A stretch of 64,000 nucleotides of DNA from Camelus dromedarius (Eukaryota), in NCBI RefSeq assembly GCF_036321535.1, contig NC_087437.1:77688001-77752000 (forward strand). Reading direction: 5' to 3'. Shown here in pieces: positions 25,820-39,499 of the stretch. Within the stretch, counting starts at the first letter, position 1, and every line of letters starts with the position of its first letter. The notes beneath the pieces are model-generated. The model did no database searches, was not told where the DNA came from, and saw only the letters and a list, made by a program, of their open reading frames with translations. The position numbers and the translations under genes were made by a program.

Positions 25820-28435
25820 TGTAACAGGAGGCATGGATAACTTTATTTTGCTACACTCCCACTCCAGAGAGATGGGGAGCCACAGGGAGTTTTCCACTCT
25901 TTCATAAATAAAACTACTTTCCATACATGAACATCTTAGTGTAGAGAAGAGGCAGACAGCTATGAGAGATATGTGAAGACATATTTCAGTTTTATTATCT
26001 TTTAGGCATAGGCGGGTATGTTAATCCATTTCCACATACAATTCCTGTAACCACAGATAGGGAGTGAACATTGAGCTGGCAAAATCTGTCTCCTGTTACC
26101 GAAGAGTTTAGTTGGAGAGATGAAACCTCAGAAGCTGAGGACTGTGCATTCTTTTCCTTCCTAGCCTGGCCATGACCGCCGTTACACACATGAGCTTTCC
26201 TTCTTATCCAGGCATTGATTCCCTGTGACAATGTTGTCCCCTTTCCCCTGGAAAACTTTCTGCTTTCAGTCCAGACTTCAGAGTTTCCTATGTTCCGCTC
26301 TCTAGGTTCTGACAGCTGTTTTTGGATTTAGTTAACCACAGTAGTCAGGAAATAGTTATAGTATAAACCTTTCTTTCTATTGTTACATTGCTTCTTTCTG
26401 CAAATATATCTTAGGAGTTAGAGTTAGACTTTGAATCTTTGATCTCTCATACCAAAAGAAAAAAAGAAAAAATATATTTATATGGAAGTAATTTCATTTT
26501 AGTGTTCATGGTTTATTGTGGAAAGCAGGTGTTTAAAAATTTTAGAATTTCTTTAACAAAATTCTAAAGATAAAAGAAAAAAAAAGAAATCACAGTATTT
26601 ACAGAGATAACAGAATGGCTTAGCCATGCAAAACAAACAACTTTGGTTTTTCCCCTTTCACTTTGGTTTAAATATTGATCAAGATTCAATTTTTTTCCTG
26701 CCAAATAAAACTTCAATAAATCAAAGTTTAGAGGCAAAATAACATATTTTCTTTTTTTCCCCACAATTTTTTTTTACAGCATCAAGACTAATAGAATATT
26801 TTATGTATTTAATTGATACCAATACACTACAGGAAGCTTTTATTAAACTGAGTCACTATTGCCCAGACAGCAAATGGTTTACAAATGTACAATAACGTGT
26901 ATTTCTAAATAATGCAGAAGTGGCAAGGTATTTATTTCCTAATCTTCATCTGACTTTAATCTTCAGTTTATTTTTCATTGCCTTCATAATTTCTTATTCC
27001 ATCAATCTAAAAAAAAACAAACACCAGTTTTCCCTTTCCTCCCAAAGAACACAGTTTTATACCTGGAAATCTGATGTCCTTTTTTTTTCTTCAATAAAGT
27101 TATGCAAACCTTGGGACAAAAATGACTGTGCAGAGTTCTCCCAGAAACCAGGCTTCTGCCTGAAAGAGCAGAGTTTAAAAGTCTAGTCACACGTAGCTCT
27201 TGGCCCGTGTCCAGTCTACCTCAGAAATCTCCATTTATACTGCCACCCTAAAAAGTTCCTCAAGCATAAAACATGTTTATAAAGTTACAAATTTGAATGT
27301 AACTAAAGATACATAGACATTTTATTATTACACTTTCATGTACTGCTTGATAAATTATATACCAGTTAAAAACACTAAATTATCTCAAGGTGCATTCAAT
27401 ATTTGTAGCGTAGTTAACAAAAACACACACGAAAAAAATATATATTCTATATTCTGTGGAAAATAACACAGCTTTGATAATGATCACTGTTAAAAATCTC
27501 CAATTCTGACTGATATCTTTTTTTTTTAAAGGAAATAGGTATAATTTTAAGGCAGTGGATAACCCAAAGGATTTAATATCAATTTTCAATTACAGTGATT
27601 TACATTGTGATCTTCGAATATGGAAATGTTCCCCATGATTTTTCCAAAGTGTCTCTCACACATTGATTTGCTTTTTTTTTTTATTTGGACAGAAAATAAT
27701 TTACTCTAAAGGTGTCTCTAAAGGTAAATGCTACCCAAATTCTGTTAGGTTTTTTTCAGAGTAGGTAAAATTGTGAGTTTGGGAGTACCATTATTATGTG
27801 TGTGTCCATATGTGTGTGTGGTTTGCTTCTGAGAGTCAGCTGGTGGCACACACACAGCAATGGCTTACCTGGTGCACACCAATCTGACCCTCTGCCGCCT
27901 CTTCCCCTGTGAGAAAAATCACAGCTTTTGCTTCGGGCAATGTGTGTCCCCAGTCTTCACAAGCTGCCACCTTTGGGATTTAGGTGCTTGTGAAAAAGTT
28001 TGGGGGCATTACTGATAGCAATCAGAATCAGAAATGTACCTTCTCAGATTACCCATATAAACAATTGAAATAAAAACAGTACATTATACATCAGATTAAC
28101 AGCAACTCCCAGAACAAAGCTTACAGTGTATAAAAATAGCTACGTAAAAAATTTACAGAAAAGGCAAACCAAAAAGAAATTCTCAGTGCAGACATTTACA
28201 GAAAAAAAAAATTAAACCAACACAACATATGAACTATTATCATGGCTGCCAAAACTTCTTGTCATTGTTTGTAATTTCATTTCATTATTTCACTTGAGAT
28301 AATTCTCTAAAATCCTGTGACAGCTTGGTAGAATGAACTGCTTAATACTTGAACCACGAATTGCTGTCAATGTCTTTGTTTATGTCTTAAATACAATCCA
28401 CGTTCATGCTTCAATTGGTCTATATAGTTTTTTCT
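25820..28435 (-). other. ALCAM: ALCAM exon 16, non-coding terminal 3'UTR exon (3' end approximate)
   Basis: Acceptor tttcag|AGAAAAAACTATATAGACCAATTGAAGCATGAACGTGG resembles the ALCAM 3'UTR start as I recall it; repeat-free, U-rich on the minus strand, several AATAAA signals. Confidence 0.8.
25842..25847 (-). terminator. Candidate distal polyadenylation signal AATAAA of ALCAM
   Basis: + strand tttatt; last such hexamer before the sequence becomes CpG-rich and then MIR-derived. Other candidates at 25991, 26512, 26839, 27321. Confidence 0.5.
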
Positions 28436-29979
28436 CTGAAATGATGAGAAAACATACTTCAGGTAAGTTACTACGGCAGTCATTTCACAATCAACATATA
28501 CTGTGTACTAAAAGTGATACTTCATAAGAACTTTGTATAAAACCCCATCGTCCCTGAACCCAACTGTAATCCCAGGTATGAGTGCAACTCTTCTACAAAT
28601 AATTTTTTTGAATTGTTGAGAATCTTTATTTTTGTGGAAATTTCTTAATTCTTACGGGGATTATAAGATTTTTCAGGAAAATATTTCATTTTATCTTTTT
28701 TTCAGGTGAAAAAAATTCACTTATCACTTCAAGTACACTCTATTTTGTGGACTTTGTCTTCAAGCTCAGTTTCCCTTTGAGAATTTATCTAATTTTGAAG
28801 AAAATGGAAGGTAAACTCTATGTTTACAAAGGATTGAGGAATGAATCCTAGAGAAGCAGAAGTGAAAATCAGCAGAAATGCTGCACATCTGGCCTCCAGT
28901 GGAAGGCAGTGTGCGGCAAGGGATTCAGTTCTTAGTCCTTCCACCCAATTACTTTGAGATCTGGTTTTCAGATTTTAAAAATGTCTTATTTCAATTATTC
29001 TATTTTTCTTTCCTATGCACATCCTTCTAATAACAACTTTTTCCCTTGCCCCCAGTCTCCTCTATGGGATTAATTTAGGTGACTCACTCAGATTGTAATG
29101 TGGTTTATTTATAATCAACCAAAATTTTACTGTGGCTGTTGGGGATTTTTACATATATGAGTAAACTACAGTAATGGTTATTCTCAAGGACATACAAAAT
29201 AATTTGTCCAAATGGCTTCTCTGTTTGACTGGTTCAAGACAACATAAATAAAAATAAAAAGCTCAAATAGCAAGTGGCAATACGATGGAAACATACCTCC
29301 TTTGGAGAGTATCTTAAAAACCACACTCATCTAGCTATTGTATATAGATATGTGCAATATAAGGATGTGTATATATAATGTTGATGTATACAATTATACA
29401 CACATACATATATAATATAGGTACTATCTGGAAAAGTGCGTGTGTGTCTAGACACACACAAATTTGTTTATCGTGTCATTAAAATTATTTGGGAGGTGGC
29501 TGTATAAATACACTGACACTTTTAAGTATATTACATCTGTGGATTAGAATTTTCATATTTTAAAACTATTCTCATAATTGCTATTTAAAATTAACAAAGT
29601 ATTAGAATCGGCTCTCATCTAACCAAAATATCAACTTATAAAATTAAGTGTCTTTGCACTCAGCAAAATTTTTGGCATTAGACTACAAGGTTCTCACTGA
29701 ATGTTACAATCTCAAAGTTGATTTAGGTTATTCTGAGGGTAATGATTTTTTTCAGAGGATGGGGAGACTGTTGAGATTCCATTATTCTCAGAATACCTTT
29801 CTGAGCAACCAGAGTTTCTTTCTGAAACACTCTTTTCCTGTTTTGAAACCTGCAATTATAAAGCATCTGAATGTCGAGGCTTCATCTTTCATCTGCTAGG
29901 ATGTTTCATACTTTCCTGGGAATTATTTCTATAAACCTCCAACAGCCCACCCACCTGGACAAGTGGGACAGTTTCTCTC

Positions 29980-30067
29980 TTAGGCTTCTGTTTTGTGATT
30001 GTTTTCTTCTAATTTTTTGTTTTCTTCCAGATTCCCAAGGTCCTTGTTTACATGTTTTGATGCAGTC
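29980..30067 (-). CDS. ALCAM: ALCAM exon 15 coding part (cytoplasmic tail and stop); exon continues as 25 nt of 3'UTR to 29955
   Basis: ttgtag|G ACT GCA TCA...GAA GCC TAA; (K)TASKHVNKDLGNLEENKKLEENNHKTEA*, then gagagaaactgtcccacttgtccag|gtgggt. Confidence 0.97.
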
Positions 30068-30620
30068 CTACAAGAGAATTAAACATCATGTTGACATTTA
30101 CAAATTTATCTTTCCTTATTTTTAATTTTAGGGTTCACATTAATGTATCTTTGAAAAGCCAATGTTTTACACCTAACACAGGCAAGCCCGTAGGGCAAAC
30201 AGTTCCACATCTGTGAGCCTTGATCGGTAACAGAACACATTCCACTGAAATTACCTTGGTCGTGGGGTTGCATTAAATATATGCTAGGAGAAAAGGAAGT
30301 CAATTACTTTGAACACAGACTCTGCATACTTAGCTGCATCACGATTTTGGCTGGGTTGTTTTTCTCTCTGCTTTCTGGGAAGTAATTATCATTTGATAGT
30401 CAAAATTTTCATTCTGGGCAAAAACGTTCTGCAAACATTTTCTGCAGAAGTTTCATTAGGGTCTTGCCCTCTCTGTATTCCCTATTACGCATCTATATTG
30501 AGCCAATGTCCTATATCTTTGTTTATGGATTCCGTTTTATCAAATACATCAAAAGTAAGCTTGGAAAGAGACCTGAGTTATGACAGAACATTGACAGCAG
30601 AAGCTAAGGCAGCTCTAATG

Positions 30621-30797
30621 TGGTGGTTCTCAAATCGTGGTCCCAGACCAGCAGTGTCAGCCCCCGCCGGGAACTTGTCAGAAGTGCAAATTCTGAGGGC
30701 CCACATTAGAACTTTGTAAACAGAAACTCGGGACAGGGCCTGCGACCTGTGATAAGACCTCCTGGTGGTTTGCTGCACGTAAAGTTGAGAACCACTG
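30621..30797. mobile_element. MER5A-like hAT DNA transposon
   Basis: Terminal inverted repeats gtggttctcaa...ttgagaaccactg; internal gaagtgcaaattctgagggccc. Confidence 0.85.
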
Positions 30798-30941
30798 CTC
30801 CGGTGGCTTCCAGGGTCACACACGACTACCAGGTTCTCTCTTTTGAGAGCTGAAATCAGGCTTTCTTAAACACACCGCTAAATTCCTTGGCGTTGTGACC
30901 ACTCAGGAGAAATCATAACTGTATTTCCAAGAGTTTACCAC

Positions 30942-31012
30942 TTCCTTCCTTCTTCCCTCCTTCCCTCCTCCCCTCCCTTCCTCTCCCTTCTTTCCTTCCT
31001 TCCTTTCTTCCC
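30942..31012. repeat. Imperfect (TTCC)n polypyrimidine tract
   Basis: cttccttccttcttccctccttccc... Confidence 0.85.
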
Positions 31013-31799
31013 AACTCTCTCCCTGTTGTAAGCACATCAGGGGAACCACAGTGATAGGGTACGTCAAATTATTATTGCTATATAACTCAAAGTAATACTT
31101 CTATTTTAAAAAATCCTGTAATACCAGATGTGTCTCTTGGTTAAGGAAGCTTAGGGTAAGAAACTCCATTTTTTCCCTAAAAGTATTTCTATGCTTTAAA
31201 TAGAATCCCTTAACTCATTTGCTAAGAATCACAACTTAATAGTGTGATCGTGTTAATAATGTGAGTGTTAGTAGTGTGATAGTGTGAACAGTGTGTAATA
31301 GTGTACGATATATGTCCTAGTAAGATAAAGACATATGGCCCTTTCATACTGGGACATTCATTATATTTAGCCTAAGTTTAATTTGATTTGTGACTTAAAA
31401 ATTGTTAATTTAACTTAAACTACAGCCTTATAAATCTATTCATAAGCAGGAGAGCAACCTTAAACCCTGCCAGTACGACTGAGTTCTATAAAATGTGATG
31501 GCATTTTACAAGAGAGACATTAAAAATGTAAATAAGACCATGCTGTAAGTTTGAGTCTATGCTTTGTGCTATATCATATTATTACATAAATATTTTTCTA
31601 TATTTTCCAGGCAAAGGAAAGACTAATATAGATACCCTCTCCTACTCTCTCTCTCTCTCTATATATATAAAGATATATGTACCGTCTACATTATATATAT
31701 CACATTATCATACATGTATATATGTATATCATGGATCACTTGAGGTCTAGTCTCTTTTGCTAATAAGTTACTTAATTAGTAACTATATAAAATCTTAGT

Positions 31800-32700
31800 A
31801 ACCTCCATAATTTCCATACAAGATAATGTACCTAACAGCAGAGTACAATTCAATGAATTTTCAAAAACTGGATGCATGAGTGTAACTAGTACCCAGCTCA
31901 AGAAACAGAATAGTTGCAGACGCAAAATCCCCCAATATACTCCTTTCCAGTCACTACTAACTCCCCAAAGGTTACCACAATCCTCATTTCTCACAGAATG
32001 GTTTTACCTGCTCTTATAGTCTGTATACAAATGGAATCATACCACATCTATTCATTTCTGTCTGCCTCTCATTTAAACTGAACTTTTTGTTTGTGACATT
32101 CATGTATAATGTTGCATGCAGTTGTGGGTTGTTTATTCTTATTGCTGTATAGCTTATTGTGTGAATACATCATGGCTTTTTAATTTTACTGGTGATGGGC
32201 AATCTTGCTCTTTAAGTCTTTCTGAGACTTTACTTAACATAAGTTAAATCTTTCGTGTGTCCCACATGTCTCTTATGCTCTTATGTGTCTTATCTATTTT
32301 TTTTTCCTCTCTGTGCTCCAAACTGGGTGTTTTCTATTGATCTGTATCCCAGTTTACTTCTCTTGTGTTTTGCTGTGGCCAATCTGCATTTAAATTCATC
32401 CACCAGAGATTTATCTTTTAATATATTTTTAGGTCTAAAATGTAAATTTGATTTTTAAATATTTTAAAGTACATTTCAATTTTCTATTCCACTCATCTTT
32501 TTGGCCATCTTTTCTTCCACTTTCAAAATATTATTTATAGTCATTTTAATATCCTTGTCTGTTAACTACAGTACCCAAATAATGCATGGGTCTGCTCATC
32601 CACTTTTCCTCTTGATTGTTGATCTTATTTTCTGGACTCTTTGCATATCCAGTCCTTTTTATTTTACATGACACCATATATAAAATAACTATAGAGACTT
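31800..32700 (-). mobile_element. Ancient LINE-1 fragments, antisense
   Basis: tacaaatggaatcataccacat, ttgtgacattcatgtataatgttgcatgcag and T-rich L1ME-like antisense sequence. Confidence 0.55.
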
Positions 32701-35488
32701 CACACAATGTTACTTTCCAACAGATAAGGTCCCTCCTTTCGTTTGTTAAGCAGGCTGGTGAACAGATAGGATGACTTCAATCCAATTAGTATTTGATCTA
32801 GGTTGAGGCTCAGCTGCAGTTTTAGTAAGACTCAGTCTACAACTGGTTTGTCTGTACTCCTAAGACACAGTCCTCTCAAGCTTCTGATTGAGATTCTGGC
32901 ATGTCTCACTGTCTTCAGACCTTAAATACAGAAAGATCCAGCTCTTCCCTTCAGAGAGGCTCCACCCGGATCTCCAGCCATCTATCCCATGACACTTCAA
33001 GAGGTGGCCAATCTCTTCAGTCTCCTTGACTTGAGTATAAGGACCATGTTTTATTTATATTTTACCCATAGCACATAATATATTGTCTGAATATGGTAGG
33101 CATCCAAAAGATACTTCTTTAACTGAACTGAACTGAACTAACTGACCTTAATACAGTTCATATCTATTTCCTTTTACTGTTTCTTATGATATTGGTGTCC
33201 ACCAATATGAAGTCCATACCGGCCCAGCTGCTTTTTTACAGACAGGTAAAATAGAAAGAATACATTGAAATGATAGAGATTGAGTGATGTCTTACTCCAA
33301 GCTTTTCAGATAAAACTGCACAAAATTATACATATAAACATGTACCTTGATTATCCTAATAGCTCCTAACTATATATTCTAATACATACCAATAACTACA
33401 ATTTCTATAAATCAGTAAGATACTGTAGCAATCAAGGAAAGACACATGATTCTCAAAATCTTTTCGCTTGTCTCCTCTCTTTTATTCTCTTGCCTTCTCT
33501 CACCCTCCTTCATTCCTTTTGTCTTTACTTTTCCCTTCACTCTCTCTCTCTCTCTTTTATTCTTCCAAACTTACTTCATTCAATACTATTTTTTCCTCTA
33601 AAGTGAAAATTTCAACTTGTTTGGAGCCACTAGAGAGAGTGACAGATAAAAGAGCCAATGTTGTAGATGCATATATAAAAATAAATTAGAATAAATTTCA
33701 CAATGTAATAAATTGATTTTGCAATTGCGGCTTTTTCAACCTACTTTGACCTGAATGAGAAGAAGAAAGTTATATTAAGTTTGAGGACATAATGATTTCA
33801 CAACTTTGAAATAATGCCTGTACTATAAGAAGTTCTTGTACTAGTAATGACTAAAAAAAAAAAAAATAAAAACCCACTTGTGTTTTGTTAATCCTTACAA
33901 TTGTAACAGTTATAAACTCTCAGAATAATACAGAATAACCTATATGACTGTACTTGAGAATAACAAAAAGAAAGCAGAAACTGAAGGGAATTTGATCCTT
34001 ATACTGGGTGAGCTCTACTTTTGCAGACATTTTCCTTTGATGGCACTTCCCAGTTGGAGAGCCATAGGCTAACTAGTACAAAATTCTGGAAATCAAGGGG
34101 GGAAAAAAATCTCAAAAAGGAGAGGCCTAAAGAATGATGAGGACCCTGAATTTGTGTGTAAATTACAGTAAAACCCTTGGATGATCCCTAAGCTGCCCAT
34201 ACGTGGAAGAAATTTCACATAGCCCAGACAAAAGCAACAGCTGGAAAGCTTAAAACTTGACATAGATTTTAGCTGTTACCCACACAAAGGAGACAGAGTT
34301 TGGAGTTGAACCTCACCAAGCCAGAAATTCTTGGCAATCATATCAGTGTTTCTACTGAAATCCCAGAAAAGCCAAGACTATGTGTCAAGACTCAGAATTC
34401 ACCCTAAAACAGATGTGAAATATGAAATATAAAAGTAACCTTCACAAGTTCAAGGAAATCAGCCAGTAATCTAAGTGTCTGCCAGGAAAAACAATCCATA
34501 TACTTTAGTCTATATAATAGAAATTAGAATTTCTACAACATATCATCAAAGACTAGTATTAATAAAAAAAAGTTATCATATATATAAAGAACAAAAACTG
34601 TAATACAAAGTCCAGAGAATGTCCTTGGATAACAAAGACTTTGGAAATAGCAGGTAAGAACTTTAAATCAATAATTATATCACATGTTCAATAAAGAAAG
34701 ATATGGTAACAATGAGAGAACAGATAGAATTCTCGGCACCAAAAATGTAAACAAAAGTAATTCTGTAACTTGAAACTACAATATTGGAAACTAACAATTC
34801 ACTAAATTGTCTTAACAATAGATGGAGGTGGTAGAATAAGCCTTGAACTTAAGGACAAAAAATATAAATTATACATTCTGAAAAAGAGAGAGAAAAATGA
34901 TACGAAAAAAAGAAGTAGATCCTCAGTGATGTGTGGGACAATTTTGAGCAGTCTAACAAATGTGTAATTGGAGTCCTAGTGAGAGAAGCAAAAGCGAATT
35001 GGGGCAGAGACTAAATTTGAACAATGAAAAATATTCTTAGACTTGTTGATGTTCATTAACTTGCAGATCCAAAATGGTCTGCAACCCCCAAGCAGAAATG
35101 ATAAAGAGAAAAACACATCTACGTACATTATACGTAAGCTAATCAAAAGCAAATATAAAAAGAAAAACTTGAAAGTAGCCATAGAAAATTTGTTCAGAGG
35201 AACAACAACACGAAAAACAGCTGACGTCTCATCAGGAAGAAATGTATAACAAAGTCAATTTAACACCTTTCAAATGCTGGGAAAAAAATTCTCTCGAATC
35301 AGAATTTTATATCTAGTAAAAATACCTTTTAACCAAAGGCAAAAACAAAGACATATTGAATTGAATAAAAGAAAACTGGGAGGAATTATCACTCGGAGAC
35401 CTGTGCTAAAAGAAGTATTAAAGTTCTTTGGTTGAAAGGAAATAACACTAGATGGGAACTCAGATATACAAGAAAGGATGAATACAGA

Positions 35489-35549
35489 TTGTATGTGTGT
35501 ATGTGTGTATGTGTGTGTGTATATATATATATATATGTATATATATATA
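35489..35549. repeat. Compound (TG)/(TA) microsatellite
   Basis: tgtatgtgtgtatgtgtg...atatatatat. Confidence 0.9.
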
Positions 35550-36093
35550 CTAAAATATAAAATACTATTAAATTTTTTTACAAAGACAAACAACCATTTA
35601 ATACGATATATACAGCATTATGTATGAGACCCTTGAAAAATTACACTTTCATTTAACTTCCTACAGCCTTTTTGCTCTTGTTGTCAAATCCATCACAACA
35701 CTGTATATTATAGCCTTCACACTACAAATATATGGAAGAGGATACATAAAGTTATAAAGTTTCAGGAGCTTTAGATTATTACATGAGTAGATTGTTATAA
35801 ATTAAAAGTTCCTATGGTAACCCCTAAAGCAAGCACAATAAAAGAATACAAAGATGCACAGTTAAAAGGCCAGTAGAGAAATTAAAATGTAGTACTAGAA
35901 CTTATTTGAGTAGCCTAAAAGAAAGCAGGAAAAGAGGAACAGAGGACAAGAGGAAAACAAATAGGAGAGCTGGTGGTCTTGGATGTAACTATATCATAAT
36001 TAAGTCACATGTAACTTAGCTAAATCCTCCAATTGAAAGGTAGAGATTGTCAGCCTGTAATTAGCAATCAAGACTCAACTATATGCTCTATAC

Positions 36094-36293
36094 CAGGGGT
36101 TAACATTTTCCCCTGAAAGGTCCAGCTAGTAAATATTTTAGGCTTGCAGGCCACATTGTTTTGTTCCAACTCTTCTGGCACTGCAGCATAAAACAGCACA
36201 AGTAACATGTAAAGAAATAGGCATGGCTGCGCTACCACAAAACTTGATTTACAAAATTAAGCATCAGCCTGGCAGTCAGAGTTTGATCAGCCT
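36094..36293. mobile_element. MER58-like hAT DNA transposon nested in the old L1
   Basis: caggggttaacattttc...agtaaatattttaggcttgcaggcc...aaaacttgatttacaaaa. Confidence 0.7.
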
Positions 36294-37519
36294 CACTGTA
36301 CCTGAGATGCACTTTAAATATAAAGAGATAATTGAAAATAAAAGGCTAGAAAAAAATATGTATGAAAACAGCATGTGAAAGCAGTATGGCTATATTAATA
36401 TCAGGCAACGTAAAATTCAACACAAGGACTATTACAACCATAAGGAGAGACATGTCATAATTCTAATAGATTCAGTACATAAGGAAGTCGTAACAATTAT
36501 AAGTGTATGTTCCCAACGAAAGCATAAAGCAAAAACTGACAGAATTAGAGGGAGAAACAGCCAAGCATACAATCATAGAGAATTTAACAGACCTTTCTCA
36601 GTAGCTGATGAATGGACTAAAATTCAGTATGCACGATCATGGTGAAGTACCCAGTACTGGGCTATCTTGAGTCCTGGAAGTGTATGCTTATAACTTTCTC
36701 ACATTATATGTGAAATGATTTCATATAATTTGAAAAAAATATGTAAGAATTGTGTAAGAAAAGTTGTAAACAAACTATCTTCTACCTTAACTAATATACA
36801 GCTGTAGAACACTGTACCCACCAACCACCAGATAATTTTTTTTCAAGTGCCTATGTAGCATGCACCAGGAAATAATGTGCCTGCACACTAGGACAAAACA
36901 ATGACTCTCAACGCATTTTAAAAGACCAAAAGCCTACAGAGTAGGTTGTCTTAACAAAACAGAATTAAATGAGAAATGTTTGGAAAGAAATAAAGTTCTA
37001 GTTACATGATTCCAAAGAAGAAACCACAATGGGAATATAAAAATATTTCTGACTGAATAAATATGAAAATACAACATACTGAAATTTGTGGAATGCAGTT
37101 AACCCACTGCTGAGAGTGAAATTCAAAGTTGAAATGCTTGTGTTATAAAAGAAGAAAGGCTAACATCAGTGATGTAAATTTTTAATTTACTTCATGAAAT
37201 TCGAGAAACCACCACCTAAACTCTAAATAACTAGAAGTAATAAAATAGTAATGATAAGAGCAGAAATAGTTAAAATTGAAAATAAGCACTAGAAATAGAA
37301 ACAAAGCTAAGAGTTAGTTATTTGAAATTATCAAGAAAATTGATAACTCCCTAAAAAGACTGAACACAATACACAATAAAGGAACAAAGCACAAATTAAT
37401 AATATCAGAAAATGAAGAAGTGTTATCACAGAACCCACAGGCAAAAAAGGAGAAGGGAATTCTATGGATAGCTTATTCATTTTGCAAAAATGTCAATAAG
37501 TTAAATGAATACATCACAT

Positions 37520-37720
37520 TATTTTAATCCATTCTCTTGTCTTTGGACACTTGGCTGGTTTCCAGTTTGGGCTATTGCGAATAACATAGCTAAAATCAAC
37601 ATTCTTATACAAGCGTTTCTGTGGGCCTGTTTTTGTTCTCTTGGGAAAATACCTAGAAATGGAATTTCTAGGTCATAGGGGAGATATTTGTTCATGAGAA
37701 GTTGCCAGCTTTTCCAAAGC
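37520..37720 (-). mobile_element. LINE-1 3' fragment, antisense
   Basis: ggacacttggctggtttccagtttgggctattgcgaataa...aaatacctagaaatggaatttctaggtcatagg. Confidence 0.7.
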
Positions 37721-38699
37721 TGTTAGTAATGTGATATATTCTAACAATGGAACACTACTTAGCAATTCTAAACAATTAAATCATTATAGGGAAGTTTCAG
37801 GGGTGATGGGTTGCTCTATATTGTGATTGGAGTAATGGTTACAAATGTGTATACATCTATCAAAAAGATTTAACTGCAAATTTCACAAAAGCAAGTTTTA
37901 ACTTAATATAAAAACATTATAATAATGCTCTTCTCTTAATACACTTGAAAAGTTTGTATCTTACATACATTTTATTGAATGTTTGACATACATTTTGTAA
38001 ATTTAAGGTATACAATGTATCACTTTGATACATGTATATATTGTAATATGATTATAATTTTTAAAAATCACTGTTGTTTTATGGCTTATATACTATCTCT
38101 AAGTATAGAAAATGTATTTGGTTTAAGTAATCTTTTGTCATTTCTGTGTTACAAAGTTGTCCAATGTTATTCTGAAACATAATAAATCAGTCAAAAAATT
38201 AAAAACAAAAACAAAAACATTATATAGAGAAAAGCTAAAGCATGATCTTCGTGGCCAGGGATTGAAAGAACCAGGCAAAAGTTACAATGAGAAACTGGAT
38301 ACCATTTCCATTTCCAATTCTATTTACTTTCTAGGTGGATTTTGTACCTGTCTAGGGATGAAAAGTAGTTTCTGTGATTTCATTAAATTGAATCAAATAA
38401 AAGAAGGAGGGATTGGAACGAAGGGAGTGACTAGAATTATCTGCAAGGTAGTTGTGGTATCGAGGGCAAATCACAGGATCTGTTACCACATCTATACAGG
38501 TAAAATCAGGCTAAAAAAAAAAATCACTGCTCACAGTCTGCCATTACAAAAAAGTGTTTGTTAAGGGCAACATGAAACATATTTATAGAATATGCTTGTA
38601 GAAGAAGAGTTGAGTAATTTCAAACTGATTATTTTTCTTATTTTAAAATTTACAAACGAAAAAAATCTTCCTTCTTTTCTTAATGCCACTCTCCAAAAT

Positions 38700-38890
38700 A
38701 GTAACGGCTAACACATCGATAATGCCTTAATGTGGCAGGCACTGCTCTAAGCCCTGGATAGATATTAAATTGTTTTAACCTTAGGATATCTCTATTCTAC
38801 CTCGAGACTAATAAACTTGCTTGAGGTCACACAGCTAGTAAACAGCAAAGCCAGGATTCAAACTGCAGCAGTCTGGCTCCAGCATCCATG
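38700..38890 (-). mobile_element. MIR SINE
   Basis: ggcaggcactgctctaag...aacttgcttgaggtcacacagctagtaa...ccaggattcaaac. Confidence 0.75.
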
Positions 38891-39499
38891 CATTAAGTTA
38901 AACAGTTATACAACTGAGCTAAATGTTAACTGCTGTGAAATGTACTAAATAAAAATAAACATAGTGTTGTTGCTGAGGGAGGGGGTATTCACTGAGTATA
39001 TGTGTATAAGATTTACATGAACTTTTAATAATTTCTGCATTTTTGTTACTTAGAGTCTGCTCTCCTTAGCAAGGAAAAGCCTTTAAAAATTATTCTGATT
39101 ACTTTTGGGCTCAGTTTTGAAATTGATACAGTAAATATGTATATAACTTTATGGATGTCTCTTTTTAATTTTGGGAAATTTCAGAGATTTGAAAGAATAC
39201 ACTGGTTAAAAATCCATCTACTACTGGAAGAGAACAAAAATTTATTTTAATCATTCTCTTTAGCTATATTTTCAGTCAATATTTTTTTCAGTTGATTGAC
39301 TTGAGGGACAAGGTTAAGACATTTATAAAGAATGAGTGCTTGGGTTGAAATACAAATCATTAGTTATAGGTCTTAAAAATGCTCTTCATCAGTCAGCTTT
39401 TTCATGCCTTTAAAATGAGGTAAACTTTAAATAATAGAATCACAGTAAAGTGACGCTGGAAGAAGCTCTAGAGGCAGCCCTCTAGTCTAATCTGTGAGG

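Larger units (their letters stand above)
33900..37480 (+). mobile_element. Ancient degraded LINE-1 (ORF1 and ORF2 N-terminal remnants)
   Basis: A-rich sequence with L1 motifs such as tgtgtaattggagtcctag, cagaattttatatctagtaaaaata, aaatacaacatactgaaatttgtggaatgcag; no intact ORF. Confidence 0.7.

Noticed and set aside
28889..28912. CTCF site (also near 43440-43456)
   Set aside because: Only partial matches to the core motif; not supportable without a PWM scan or ChIP data.
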